Below, in pieces: positions 1-9,065 of a DNA stretch of 64,000 nt (the first letter of the stretch is position 1; each line of letters begins with the position of its first letter). Origin of the DNA: Candidatus Woesebacteria bacterium RIFCSPHIGHO2_01_FULL_39_32. Its GTDB lineage: Bacteria > Patescibacteriota > Microgenomatia > UBA8517. The notes under the pieces were generated by a model. That model had not been told where the DNA came from. It did not search any database and saw only the letters and a program-made list of their open reading frames with translations. Location: NCBI GenBank assembly GCA_001792345.1, contig MGGJ01000006.1, positions 22,656 through 86,655 on the forward strand, read 5' to 3'. Made by a program: the position numbers and the translations under genes.

Positions 1-131
1 TACATGCTATGGAATTGAAATTGATATAGGGGGAAAAAAATGTGTTGGATTTGAAACTTTTTGTTCAGGTTTAACTCCAATAAATACGCCAAAATAATTT
101 AGAATTAGGAAAAATAAAGAAATCTATCATT

Positions 132-155
132 TTCTTTCCCAAGAACTTTTGCTCC
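132..155. repeat. Copy A of a repeated intergenic motif TTTCTTTC(C/G)CAAGAACTTTT(T)GCTCC
   Basis: Near-identical 20-25 bp sequence also at 1242-1266 and 4437-4457; all three copies are intergenic. Confidence 0.5.
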
Positions 156-165
156 CCTACCTTAT

Positions 166-429
166 TTAAGAAGAAAAAACACCTTTTTTAATATATTGTT
201 TAATCAAAGATTGGTAAGGAACATTTATCTCGTTAGCTTTCTCTTTAACTCGGTTCAAAAGATACTCCGGAATTCGAATTGAAATAGAGCGAGTTGTGGG
301 CTTAAGGTTAGGAAAGCTTACTTTTTCAAAATCAGATGGCTCGTAATAATCTGCCAAATTAATTTTGGCCCAGAATTCTCGTTCCTCATCTTCATTTTTG
401 AATTTTGGTAAATTAAGCGGCTTTTTCAT
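166..429 (-). CDS. brnA: BrnA-like antitoxin (ribbon-helix-helix)
   Basis: C-terminal 'KPTTRSISIRIPEYLLNRVKEKANEINVPYQSLIKQYI' matches the BrnA RHH pattern; overlaps the upstream BrnT gene by 17 nt. Confidence 0.7.
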   Translation of the reverse strand: MKKPLNLPKFKNEDEEREFWAKINLADYYEPSDFEKVSFPNLKPTTRSISIRIPEYLLNRVKEKANEINVPYQSLIKQYIKKGVFSS

Positions 430-706
430 ATAAGTGCACCTCCTTTTTATTGATATCTCTTACTGAAATAATTCTTATCCTACTTTTTCTCTTGGTAAAT
501 ACAACATAAAGCAATCTTCCCTTTCTAGTCTTCCCCAACAAAATAAAACGATCTTCCTTTATCGAATGTAACAAATCTCTCTGGACAACCTTATTTTCGT
601 CAAAAAATGGCTCCTCGGCTTCGTTATCTTCAACGCTGTGTTTTTTATTCTTTCCAATATTTCCTTTATCCCACTCAAACTCGACTACTTTCTTATCAAC
701 AACCAT
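413..706 (-). CDS. brnT: BrnT-like toxin (DUF497 ribonuclease)
   Basis: 'FEWDKGNIGKNKKHSV...RIISVR' matches the BrnT signature (FEWDxxKxxxNxxKHGV ... RIISAR); first gene of a two-gene operon with brnA. Confidence 0.75.
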   Translation of the reverse strand: MVVDKKVVEFEWDKGNIGKNKKHSVEDNEAEEPFFDENKVVQRDLLHSIKEDRFILLGKTRKGRLLYVVFTKRKSRIRIISVRDINKKEVHLYEKAA

Positions 707-864
707 GTATATACTATATTATACAAAACCAGAAATCTCTGTCAAGACTTTAGCGTCTTCTCCAGACTCGGATCACTAGTCCAAAAAGCGAGTCTCGTAG
801 AGGCGAAGTCCCGCACTGAATTTATTCTGGTGCGCTGGCAGTTGATTGTTGTGGGGAATAATAT

Positions 865-1215
865 CTAGTTTACAAGAAGCATCTTTATAGTTCCCCAATA
901 TCCTTGACAATTGTTGTATAGATTTCCGTAACACCTAAATTCACATATATCATATGCTTTAGAGTAAAATTTACAGCTTACCTCCTCTTTATTTCCTTGA
1001 CAGCCACTATTACATCCGCCAATCGGAGGAGTCATTATTATCTCATTTGAATTAGGATCAGGATCAAACCCGGACACGTAACCTGGCTTCAATCTGTATT
1101 CTGTATAAGTCGTTGGATTATTTGGATAATAAATATATTTGAAAAATAAACTTAGGGATAGCTTAAGTAGAATTAGAAATAATATAAAGACGAAGATTTT
1201 CTTAACTATTCTCAC
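865..1215 (-). CDS. Hypothetical small Cys-rich secreted/membrane-anchored protein
   Basis: N-terminal hydrophobic segment; 8 Cys in the C-terminal half. Confidence 0.4.
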   Translation of the reverse strand: MRIVKKIFVFILFLILLKLSLSLFFKYIYYPNNPTTYTEYRLKPGYVSGFDPDPNSNEIIMTPPIGGCNSGCQGNKEEVSCKFYSKAYDICEFRCYGNLYNNCQGYWGTIKMLLVN

Positions 1216-1241
1216 TAATTCAGTTTAGCACTCTTACTAAT

Positions 1242-1266
1242 TTCTTTCGCAAGAACTTTTTGCTCC
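1242..1266. repeat. Copy B of the repeated intergenic motif (TTCTTTCGCAAGAACTTTTTGCTCC)
   Basis: Matches 132-155 and 4437-4457. Confidence 0.5.
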
Positions 1267-1388
1267 TGCAACTTGGAGTTTAACCTTTCTGTGTAATTTT
1301 AGATCGAGTAAAGGTAAGAAACTCCCTTAACACCGTTTCCAAATCAAAATCCTCTACTTTACGATGTCTGAAAATTCCGTTTCGGCAA

Positions 1389-1670
1389 TTAGAGCAAATC
1401 TTGCAAACTTTTCCATGCATAAGATTTTTTGACTGAAAGTTTTTTAAGTTCTTTCTCAAGTCTATCTTTTTCAGAAATCAAGTGATCTAGGCGAAACAAA
1501 TCTTCCCCCACTTTGTCTTCGGAGAGCTTGCCTTTTGTAATTAGATTATCGAGTTCGTCGACACTTTTAACCCCATGTCTGGAAGCAACACGAAATATTT
1601 CGCTTTCCACCAAGCGAAGGTTTTCTAAAGTAACAATAGCTTTTGCTTTGGCTTTGTCGGTCATAACCAA
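1389..1670 (-). CDS. Hypothetical protein, charged with predicted coiled coil
   Basis: ORF only; no recognisable motif. Confidence 0.35.
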   Translation of the reverse strand: MVMTDKAKAKAIVTLENLRLVESEIFRVASRHGVKSVDELDNLITKGKLSEDKVGEDLFRLDHLISEKDRLEKELKKLSVKKSYAWKSLQDLL

Positions 1671-1750
1671 AGTATATCATATAATTTCATTCGCCTTCTC
1701 CAAACTCGGCGCCTTAGTCCAAAAGGCAGTTGATTGTTGCAAGGAGTAAT

Positions 1751-2488
1751 CTAATTTTTCAAAAATTCGTCAACTTGCTTTAAATTTTTTTCACCAAATA
1801 CATTAAAGTGCTCGCCTTCTGTTATGATTAATTTGCTGTTTACAAGATATTTATGTAATAATTCTCCTGCTTCTTGAGGCATTAGTAAATCGTGCTTTCC
1901 GTTGATAATCAAGGATTCATTCTTAAGAGTCTTTAAAATCTCTGTATTATCAACCCTTGAAACAAATCTCACAATGTCCCACTCTTTTTGATTCGGAATT
2001 CCTTTAATTAGACGAATATTTTTTATCATATCTTTTAAATACTCAATCCTTTCTTGTTCATCCCCTTGATAGGGGTTAAGTTTTTGGTAAATAAATTCGA
2101 TCAACCAATTTGGAAGATGAAGAACGAAACTCGCAATAGTAAAAAGCTTCTTCCTTTGCAAAAGGTCTATCGCAGACCTAAAAAGCACTACATTCGGACG
2201 AAAGTAGGATCCTGATGCAATAAAGACAAGTTTAGCTTGCGGATATCTACGAGCAACATGTGGCAATAAAAGACCTCCTATGGATATTCCAAAAATTGCG
2301 TCCAGATTTCTATTTTTCAAAAGAAAGCCGACTTTCCCAACAACATTTTCAGGAGTAAGCACAATTTCAGAATTAAACAAATCAATAACGAGTACTTCGT
2401 ATCCACTTTTTATTAGATGTAAATACAAAGGATGTTCACTAAGATCTGATTGCGGCCAACCGTGAAGAATTAGGGTAACTTTGGACAT
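1751..2488 (-). CDS. Alpha/beta-fold hydrolase
   Basis: 'ILHGWPQS' oxyanion-hole region and a nucleophile elbow GxSxG ('GISIGG'). Confidence 0.65.
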   Translation of the reverse strand: MSKVTLILHGWPQSDLSEHPLYLHLIKSGYEVLVIDLFNSEIVLTPENVVGKVGFLLKNRNLDAIFGISIGGLLLPHVARRYPQAKLVFIASGSYFRPNVVLFRSAIDLLQRKKLFTIASFVLHLPNWLIEFIYQKLNPYQGDEQERIEYLKDMIKNIRLIKGIPNQKEWDIVRFVSRVDNTEILKTLKNESLIINGKHDLLMPQEAGELLHKYLVNSKLIITEGEHFNVFGEKNLKQVDEFLKN

Positions 2489-2607
2489 TTGTATATATCT
2501 TGAAACAATTTTCGCAAAAACTCAAAACTAATGATTGCTGCAGGGAGTAACATTACTACTTCAACTAAAGAAAAACATCGTTTAAAATAATTTGGGTTTG
2601 CCATTAA

Positions 2608-3138
2608 ATGGAATACTACACTATGAACTTAGAAGGAATCAGTCGGAAGTTACCGATTGTATCCATTGCCCCCAAAGTGAAGGTTGCTTCATTTAATCTT
2701 TTAGGGGATAAAGAGCTGGTTTGTATTCTTGCAAAAAAAATGATGAGAAAATTACAAAATGTAGATTTCGACTACCTTGTCGGTCCTGAGGTAAAAGTGG
2801 TTCCCCTACTCCATGAACTTTCCAAACTTTTGAAGAAGGACAGATATATTGTTTGCAGGAAAGAAATCCACGGGTATATGATTTTACCGATCAAATCACA
2901 CCAACCGCGGGGACTCGTGTTAAACGGGCTCGATGCGGCACTTATTAAAAACAAAAAGATAATAATTGTCGACGACGTTGTAAGCACCGGCGCAACAATT
3001 CATTCAGTTGAAGAATTGATGCAGTTAGCAAAAGCAAAGGTGGTCTCAAAAATAGCAGTTTTTAAACAAGGAGATAGACTTCATCCTCTTCAAAAAGACG
3101 TAATTTTTTTGGGAGATTTACCTGTTTTTACCTCTTGA
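2608..3138 (+). CDS. Type I phosphoribosyltransferase domain protein (purine/adenine PRTase-like)
   Basis: PRPP-binding motif 'KIIIVDDVVSTGATI'. Confidence 0.65.
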   Translation: MEYYTMNLEGISRKLPIVSIAPKVKVASFNLLGDKELVCILAKKMMRKLQNVDFDYLVGPEVKVVPLLHELSKLLKKDRYIVCRKEIHGYMILPIKSHQPRGLVLNGLDAALIKNKKIIIVDDVVSTGATIHSVEELMQLAKAKVVSKIAVFKQGDRLHPLQKDVIFLGDLPVFTS

Positions 3139-3248
3139 TCTTAGGATAGCTTTTATTATAAGTTGATAATAAAGACAGAATAATATCCTGTAAGCCGCAG
3201 GAAAATTCCAATAATAAAATGGCATTAAAAACACTCTAGAAGTTACTA

Positions 3249-4409
3249 ATGGAGTGTTTTTTGGTTTCTTTTACGTTGGTAAAAAATATGTTAGGAAATG
3301 AATTTGATCTTCAAAGCGATGGATTTACCTTTACCTCTGGTTATGCTGAACTGATCCAAATCGCTGAGTATAGAAATAGTGACGGAGAATTAAATTCAAT
3401 TCGACAAGTTACCCCCGCAATTCACAGAATGGCAAGGCTTAGAGGGAGACCTCCAGGAACTTGTGATATTCCTGATATCTTATATGACCTTCATAGCTTT
3501 CAAGATATATATATGAATACTGGAGAATTAAGACAACCCCTTAGAAGTTTGGTCCTCTCTGAAAGTCTATACTACAAACTAGCTGAAAATTTGGCTGTTA
3601 AAAATGCAAAAGACTTTGGATTTCACGAAAGACTCCCGGATTTTATTGATATTGCAAAAGAATCTGTTACACGAATTGTCTGGATCAACTGGAAACCAGA
3701 AGATGGTGAGAACTTCATAGATCTTCACAAAAGAATTATAGGAACATTAAGAAGGCATTTAGTACATCAATGGGGAAAAGGTAATTTTGCAAAGCCCTAC
3801 TCTTATTTTGAACCCCATCAACTTGACAGTGCAACTCTCTATCAAAATCTTGAAGAATCTTCTCCTCCAAAAAGACCTATCTATAGGCTCCGAGAATCCG
3901 CTACTCACTTGCCCTTACCGGCCATAATCGCAACAATCGAAGAAGGAAGTTTCCTTGAAATTGTAGCAAGCTTAACAACCATGAAATATTATCCTAGTAA
4001 AAATGGTCTAGCCAGTGTAGCAAACGAAATTGGAGTAAAGAAAGAAACATTAAGCGAAGCACTAGACAGGACACTCGCAAGAATGACACGTATTGATAAG
4101 AATGTTACACCATCCAAATCAATAGCTAATATTGTAGAAGAAACTAAAAACGGTCATGTAATAAAATACGCTTCAGGGAAAAACGTTGAACATGATAATC
4201 CTAGGGTAGATTTAATAAAGCTTTCAGAGAAATCCCCCGAAAGTTGGTTACCAAATGGTCTATCTGAAAGAGATAAGGCTATTCTATCGCTTGCGGTAAT
4301 AATGAATAGCGGAACTCTAGCACATACCACAGAGGAAATTGCCCTCAAATCGGGATGCAGTGCTGTTGTAGTTTGTAGAGTAATAAAAAAAGCCACAAAG
4401 CAGAGGTAG
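3249..4409 (+). CDS. Hypothetical protein with C-terminal sigma-70 region-4/LuxR-like HTH
   Basis: C-terminus 'LSERDKAILSLAVIMNSGTLAHTTEEIALKSGCSAVVVCRVIKKA' resembles sigma region 4; the rest is unknown. Confidence 0.4.
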   Translation: MECFLVSFTLVKNMLGNEFDLQSDGFTFTSGYAELIQIAEYRNSDGELNSIRQVTPAIHRMARLRGRPPGTCDIPDILYDLHSFQDIYMNTGELRQPLRSLVLSESLYYKLAENLAVKNAKDFGFHERLPDFIDIAKESVTRIVWINWKPEDGENFIDLHKRIIGTLRRHLVHQWGKGNFAKPYSYFEPHQLDSATLYQNLEESSPPKRPIYRLRESATHLPLPAIIATIEEGSFLEIVASLTTMKYYPSKNGLASVANEIGVKKETLSEALDRTLARMTRIDKNVTPSKSIANIVEETKNGHVIKYASGKNVEHDNPRVDLIKLSEKSPESWLPNGLSERDKAILSLAVIMNSGTLAHTTEEIALKSGCSAVVVCRVIKKATKQR

Positions 4410-4436
4410 TTTTCTTTACTACCAAGTTAGCGGATT

Positions 4437-4457
4437 TTTTGCAAGAACTTTTACTCC
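4437..4457. repeat. Copy C of the repeated intergenic motif (TTTTGCAAGAACTTTTACTCC)
   Basis: Matches 132-155 and 1242-1266; lies about 40 nt upstream of the ATG at 4498. Confidence 0.45.
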
Positions 4458-4497
4458 GTTATAATTAATTTATTTCAACAGGTGTACAATAAACTTA

Positions 4498-5463
4498 GTG
4501 AAAGACAGACTATCAAAAAACCCAATTTTACTCTCCGTTCTTTTGCTTATATTTGTTTTTGCTTCAGCTATAGTTTCCCATAAAAGATCAAAAGTAGTTT
4601 CTGAAGAGCTGTCAAAGACATCGCAACCGGAAAGAAAGTGCAACACCGAAAAACTGTACGAACAACCATACTTTGACGAGAATGGTTTTAGACGATTTCA
4701 TATTCGAAACCTTGAATTTAGTTTACCCCCTGACTGGTGGTATCGGGAGGAGATGGCTGGAAATCGTAGAGAAATTCTCGACCAACATTTTATCAGATTC
4801 AATGACGTTGAACCTAATGGTACGGATTTGACAACTTTTCCGAAGTATGAAATTCATGTTGATTTAGTCAGGGAAAAAGAACCTGAAAAAATATTCGAAG
4901 ATTTGCAAAAAGGAATATATGATTATGTCCAATTTGTAAATTATCAAACGAAAAAAATAAAGGTTGACGGTATAGAAGGAATATTTTTTGAAGGAACGGC
5001 AAACCCTTATGAGCAAATATTTAATAAGCCCTTTTCCAGTAATGAAAGGGTTCAATTAGCTATATTTGACTACGGTAAAATTTATACATTCAGAGGAGTA
5101 GTAAATAACCAAGAAGATAAGGGTCTGTACGATAAAATTCTTAACACCTTTGATTTTACAACTTACTGGCCTCCCCCATTTACTGAAATCGACTTCCATC
5201 AATGCGAAGAGAAAACTGTTATTTATGAACTTCCTTGCGCAACGGCAAAAGTAACTTCTCATAAATCGGCAGATCAATGCGATATTAAATACACTCGCCA
5301 AACCTATGATCCTAATAACCCCGTCAGAGAAAGTTACGAATGTACCGGTAATGACTCGTGGGGTAAAATGGCATTCAAAAAGGAAGATTACGGGATAAAT
5401 TTTTACTCCCCAGGCTGGGGCAAAAGCCTACTGGAAACCTCTTTCTGCCAAAAGATTGATTGA
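4498..5463 (+). CDS. Hypothetical secreted/membrane-anchored protein
   Basis: N-terminal transmembrane/signal segment 'ILLSVLLLIFVFASAIV'; several Cys in the C-terminal part. Confidence 0.45.
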   Translation: MKDRLSKNPILLSVLLLIFVFASAIVSHKRSKVVSEELSKTSQPERKCNTEKLYEQPYFDENGFRRFHIRNLEFSLPPDWWYREEMAGNRREILDQHFIRFNDVEPNGTDLTTFPKYEIHVDLVREKEPEKIFEDLQKGIYDYVQFVNYQTKKIKVDGIEGIFFEGTANPYEQIFNKPFSSNERVQLAIFDYGKIYTFRGVVNNQEDKGLYDKILNTFDFTTYWPPPFTEIDFHQCEEKTVIYELPCATAKVTSHKSADQCDIKYTRQTYDPNNPVRESYECTGNDSWGKMAFKKEDYGINFYSPGWGKSLLETSFCQKID

Positions 5464-5483
5464 TTATTTTTACAAAGAGACTT

Positions 5484-5708
5484 TTACTTTTTCCTTTTTC
5501 TTTTCTTGTGCTGCTCGTAGACTTCAGCCCCTGCATAAGTGACAACACTTGCCTGAATTAAAGTATTGGCAAGAGCAGGTGCTAATCCTCCAAAAACCAA
5601 TGCAGCAAATATTGTACCTACATCAATTAATTTAGAAATACGAGATAGTTTCTCACCGGTACTTTTCCTTTCGTGGTCGGAACCAAGTAATCTTTCCCTA
5701 AGACTCAT
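5484..5708 (-). CDS. Small hypothetical membrane protein
   Basis: Hydrophobic core, basic C-terminus. Confidence 0.3.
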   Translation of the reverse strand: MSLRERLLGSDHERKSTGEKLSRISKLIDVGTIFAALVFGGLAPALANTLIQASVVTYAGAEVYEQHKKRKRKK

Positions 5709-5746
5709 ATATATAATACTTCTTTGGAGTTAAGTGTGAATCTAAA

Positions 5747-6478
5747 TTATTCGATCGTGTAACCTTTGACTTGAGCTTCGATTAAACTTTTGAATTCCTC
5801 ATAGCTTCGTGGTCGAATTCGTACGCCGTTTAACAAAAAGGTGGGAGTAGAATTGACCCCAATGGCTGTTGCTTCACTTGAGTCGGAGTTAATTTTATTT
5901 TCAACTTCCTCCGAATCATAATCGGAAAGAAACTTTGTTTCATCAAGACCCAGTTCTCTCGCGTATTCTATAAATTTCTCTTTTGCATTTTCGTCTGATT
6001 CCCAATCTTTCTGTCTATCATAGAGAATATCATGCATCTCCCAAAATTTTCCCTGTCTTCCAGATGCTTCCGAGGCCTTCGCAGACGGAATCGCATTTTG
6101 ATGACCCGGGATCGGGAAATGTCTATAAATTATTTTCAGACCATCTGGAAATTCTTCACCTATTTGTTTCACCAAAGGATTATATGTTGCACAGGAAGGA
6201 CATTGATAATCTCCGTATTCCAGAAGTGTTGTTTGAGCCTGCCTGTTACCCCTAATCCAGTCGTCTTCTCTTACCTCAATGGCAATTCCGGCAACCTCGG
6301 GAGAAGGTGCACTGAGCCATCCCCATGCCCTAAAACCTACAAACAAGACCAATCCGGCCGCAAAAACCCATACTAGAAATTTTCGCATTTTGTGAACAAG
6401 TATTTCTTTTTGCCTTTCCTTTCTTTTTTGTTCCTTAGCGACCTCACGCCTTCGTCTTTTTGTTAATTTTTCTTCCAT
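5747..6478 (-). CDS. DsbA-like thiol:disulfide oxidoreductase, membrane-anchored
   Basis: N-terminal TM segment; thioredoxin CxxC active site 'YGDYQCPSCATY'. Confidence 0.7.
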   Translation of the reverse strand: MEEKLTKRRRREVAKEQKRKERQKEILVHKMRKFLVWVFAAGLVLFVGFRAWGWLSAPSPEVAGIAIEVREDDWIRGNRQAQTTLLEYGDYQCPSCATYNPLVKQIGEEFPDGLKIIYRHFPIPGHQNAIPSAKASEASGRQGKFWEMHDILYDRQKDWESDENAKEKFIEYARELGLDETKFLSDYDSEEVENKINSDSSEATAIGVNSTPTFLLNGVRIRPRSYEEFKSLIEAQVKGYTIE

Positions 6479-6480
6479 AA

Positions 6481-7281
6481 CTACTCCATTGTCTTTTCTG
6501 GCCCCTTATTATGAAATGCCTTAATGAAATTTTCAATCCTATCTTCATCAAAGCCTTCTAGTTTATCAATCCGCGTCCAAGCAGTCAGAGCAACTTGAGT
6601 TTCCAAGTTAGGTCGCGGGACTACAATCACTCTATCCCACTTTTGCACAAACTTACTCAAATTTGCAACTAAATTCTTACATCCCTCAGAATCAAACTCA
6701 TTAGGAAGATCGAGCTCGTCTTCAGGAGGATTCTCAGGTGTAAACCAACTCGTTTCTCCCGATGGTTGAAACTTCATGTGTTTCAAAAGCTCACCCGAGT
6801 CGGTTGATTCCTTAGTGGGTTCATCATGAGCAAGAATTTCACTGACTACTGACCACTGATTACCGACTACTGATTTGGTGCAATCATACGAAATTACAAC
6901 ATACCCGTGCTCAAGCGAGTGAATTAAATATCCATCTGATAACACTCCATCATAAACTCCTTTTTTCGCCCAAACAGGAAAGTGCGTTCCGGAAGTCGGT
7001 GGATTGGAGTTATAGTTAACCCCCGCAATATCAGTTATATGTTCTCTCCCCAAGTCAGCCACTTCCTGACCAGGTAGTGGCTTTGTAGACTGCCTCCATA
7101 ACCACCAGATTCCTGCTACCAGAAACCCAATTACCAAAATCCAAATCCCAAATTTCTTGATTCTAGAAAACACCTCCCCTTGCTCTCTTTCTTCCCGTTT
7201 TTGCTCTTTTGCAAGTAATCTTTTCTCCCTTTTGCTTAAAAACTGCGTTGTTTCTTCTTCCACAATAGGGGTAGTATACAA
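6481..7281 (-). CDS. DUF3105-like membrane-anchored protein
   Basis: TM segment plus 'HSLEHGYVVISYDC' recalled as the DUF3105 signature; DUF3105 is a frequent DsbA neighbour. Confidence 0.45.
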   Translation of the reverse strand: MYTTPIVEEETTQFLSKREKRLLAKEQKREEREQGEVFSRIKKFGIWILVIGFLVAGIWWLWRQSTKPLPGQEVADLGREHITDIAGVNYNSNPPTSGTHFPVWAKKGVYDGVLSDGYLIHSLEHGYVVISYDCTKSVVGNQWSVVSEILAHDEPTKESTDSGELLKHMKFQPSGETSWFTPENPPEDELDLPNEFDSEGCKNLVANLSKFVQKWDRVIVVPRPNLETQVALTAWTRIDKLEGFDEDRIENFIKAFHNKGPEKTME

Positions 7282-7306
7282 GATAGTTTGTTTTAAGGCC
7301 AGAAGC

Positions 7307-7840
7307 TCAAAAGAAAAATCCTAAAACAAGAAGAATTACACCATTGGCAAATACAAAATAGCGCTTTTGTTTGGCATCAAGGCTAAACGGAAACTTAGTA
7401 AACCAACTATCCAGACTGTTATTTTCCATTAAATCTATAATCTGATCAATTAAAAGGTGAAGCATAAATGCCAAAACTAATCCCATGCCCAAAAGCGACC
7501 CCGAAGAAGTGATAACAAATATTGAAAAGGTCAAAAAGATTATTTGAAAATAAGCAGTGTGAAAGATAAGTTCTTTTCTTTCCCCTCTTGTTTTAGCTAA
7601 GACATCCCAACTTTGAAACACCTTGCGCTCCGAGACAAGTCCCGCAACTTTCTGAGAAGTTGCTTCGGTTGGTTTTACGACGTAAACATAAATAAGGTGA
7701 TCAACATCGGGAAGCAGGGTTCCCAAAATCCCACCGAACCAAAAAGGCAAAAATTCGATTCGTATCCAGTCTTTATATAGAGAAATTAGCACAAAAAGTG
7801 CAACCATGAAGGAAAAGTGAGTCAATAAATCTTTTTTCAT
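7307..7840 (-). CDS. Hypothetical polytopic membrane protein
   Basis: Multiple hydrophobic segments. Confidence 0.4.
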   Translation of the reverse strand: MKKDLLTHFSFMVALFVLISLYKDWIRIEFLPFWFGGILGTLLPDVDHLIYVYVVKPTEATSQKVAGLVSERKVFQSWDVLAKTRGERKELIFHTAYFQIIFLTFSIFVITSSGSLLGMGLVLAFMLHLLIDQIIDLMENNSLDSWFTKFPFSLDAKQKRYFVFANGVILLVLGFFF

Positions 7841-7849
7841 TCGACTCTC

Positions 7850-8284
7850 TTATTTTTGCACTTTTTTGGTCAATTTAGCAAGTCTCCCTTTTGGGAAATA
7901 TTTACTATATGGAATTTTTGTTGAAATCATTTCCAGATAGATTGAGTCCATTCCTAATTTCTCCAATGAATTTTGGTTGGGAACAAATCTGTATTTTTCA
8001 ATATCTAAGGTAAGATCGTCATTTACTTTTACTCCTTCTTCAATAAGCAATTTCCTTTGATCTTGGGCTGTATATTTTGACCCCTTGATACTAATTCTTC
8101 CCTGATTATTAATAACCCTCCACCAAGGTACATTCTCTACTCCTTCCATTCGATTAAGAGTCCAGCCGACCTGTCTTGCCGCCCTTGGAATACCAATATA
8201 AAGAGCAACTTGGCCATAGCTAACAACTTTTCCGTAAGGCACTTTAGATACTACCTTTATAACTCCATCTTTAAATTTGGACAT
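7850..8284 (-). CDS. Alkyltransferase-like protein (Atl; MGMT DNA-binding domain without the catalytic Cys)
   Basis: 'VPYGKVVSYGQVALYIGIPRAARQVGWTL' MGMT helix-turn-helix; 'PWWRVIN' replaces the catalytic 'PCHRV'. Confidence 0.7.
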   Translation of the reverse strand: MSKFKDGVIKVVSKVPYGKVVSYGQVALYIGIPRAARQVGWTLNRMEGVENVPWWRVINNQGRISIKGSKYTAQDQRKLLIEEGVKVNDDLTLDIEKYRFVPNQNSLEKLGMDSIYLEMISTKIPYSKYFPKGRLAKLTKKVQK

Positions 8285-8383
8285 ATTCTTCAGTCTACCC
8301 CCAAAAAATTAATTAACCAATAATGAGCACTCTACTCAATGTAATCGTTTGTTTATGCCGCAATTACATACACCACTCGTTAC

Positions 8384-8734
8384 CTATCTATAGGGTTCAA
8401 GGTCGAAGTAATAAGTAGTTCCATTTGGTCCCAACCAATGTTTTATATCTTTCAATCTCTCGGCATCCTCAGGATTTCTTTCCAATCTTTGTTTTAAAAG
8501 AGTGTGAACCCTCTGTAATTGTTCTCTATCTTCTTCCTTTCCATAAACATAAAGCTCATCAACATGTTCTTGTCCACGGAGACAATCTACCACCCTATAA
8601 AGGGTATGGTGCGCTGTATTAAAAGTCATTTGTTCCACCCTTTCTGCAATAGAAGCTTCATCTAATCGGGAAAGACTATTTACAAAATCTCGACTTAATT
8701 CCAGAGAACCTTTAATCTGACTTTCTAAAGTCAT
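8384..8734 (-). CDS. Hypothetical acidic protein
   Basis: ORF only. Confidence 0.35.
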   Translation of the reverse strand: MTLESQIKGSLELSRDFVNSLSRLDEASIAERVEQMTFNTAHHTLYRVVDCLRGQEHVDELYVYGKEEDREQLQRVHTLLKQRLERNPEDAERLKDIKHWLGPNGTTYYFDLEPYR

Positions 8735-8739
8735 AAATC

Positions 8740-8991
8740 CTACGGATCATCTGACAAAGCATCTCTAATAGCCGCGGTTTTTTCCAGATATCTTAATAAA
8801 ACCTCACCAGCACCAGCTTCTATGACAAGGTCAACAAATTTATCCCTATCCCCCTCTAACTCCAAACGCGCTATACCTTTCTCCTGCGCTAGATCTTGTA
8901 CTCGACTAAGCGCTCCTTTGTCTTCCTCAGACATTCCGACTCGCGATAAGAGTAGTCCTAATTTAAACGCTTTTTCTTGCTCCACCGACAT
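8740..8991 (-). CDS. Hypothetical acidic protein
   Basis: ORF only; separated from the previous ORF by 5 nt. Confidence 0.35.
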   Translation of the reverse strand: MSVEQEKAFKLGLLLSRVGMSEEDKGALSRVQDLAQEKGIARLELEGDRDKFVDLVIEAGAGEVLLRYLEKTAAIRDALSDDP

Positions 8992-9065
8992 CCACCCCCT
9001 TTTCTCAAAACCTAGCCATATTTTCCTCGTGTCTGATATAATATCTTGACTTAAACTATGACATT

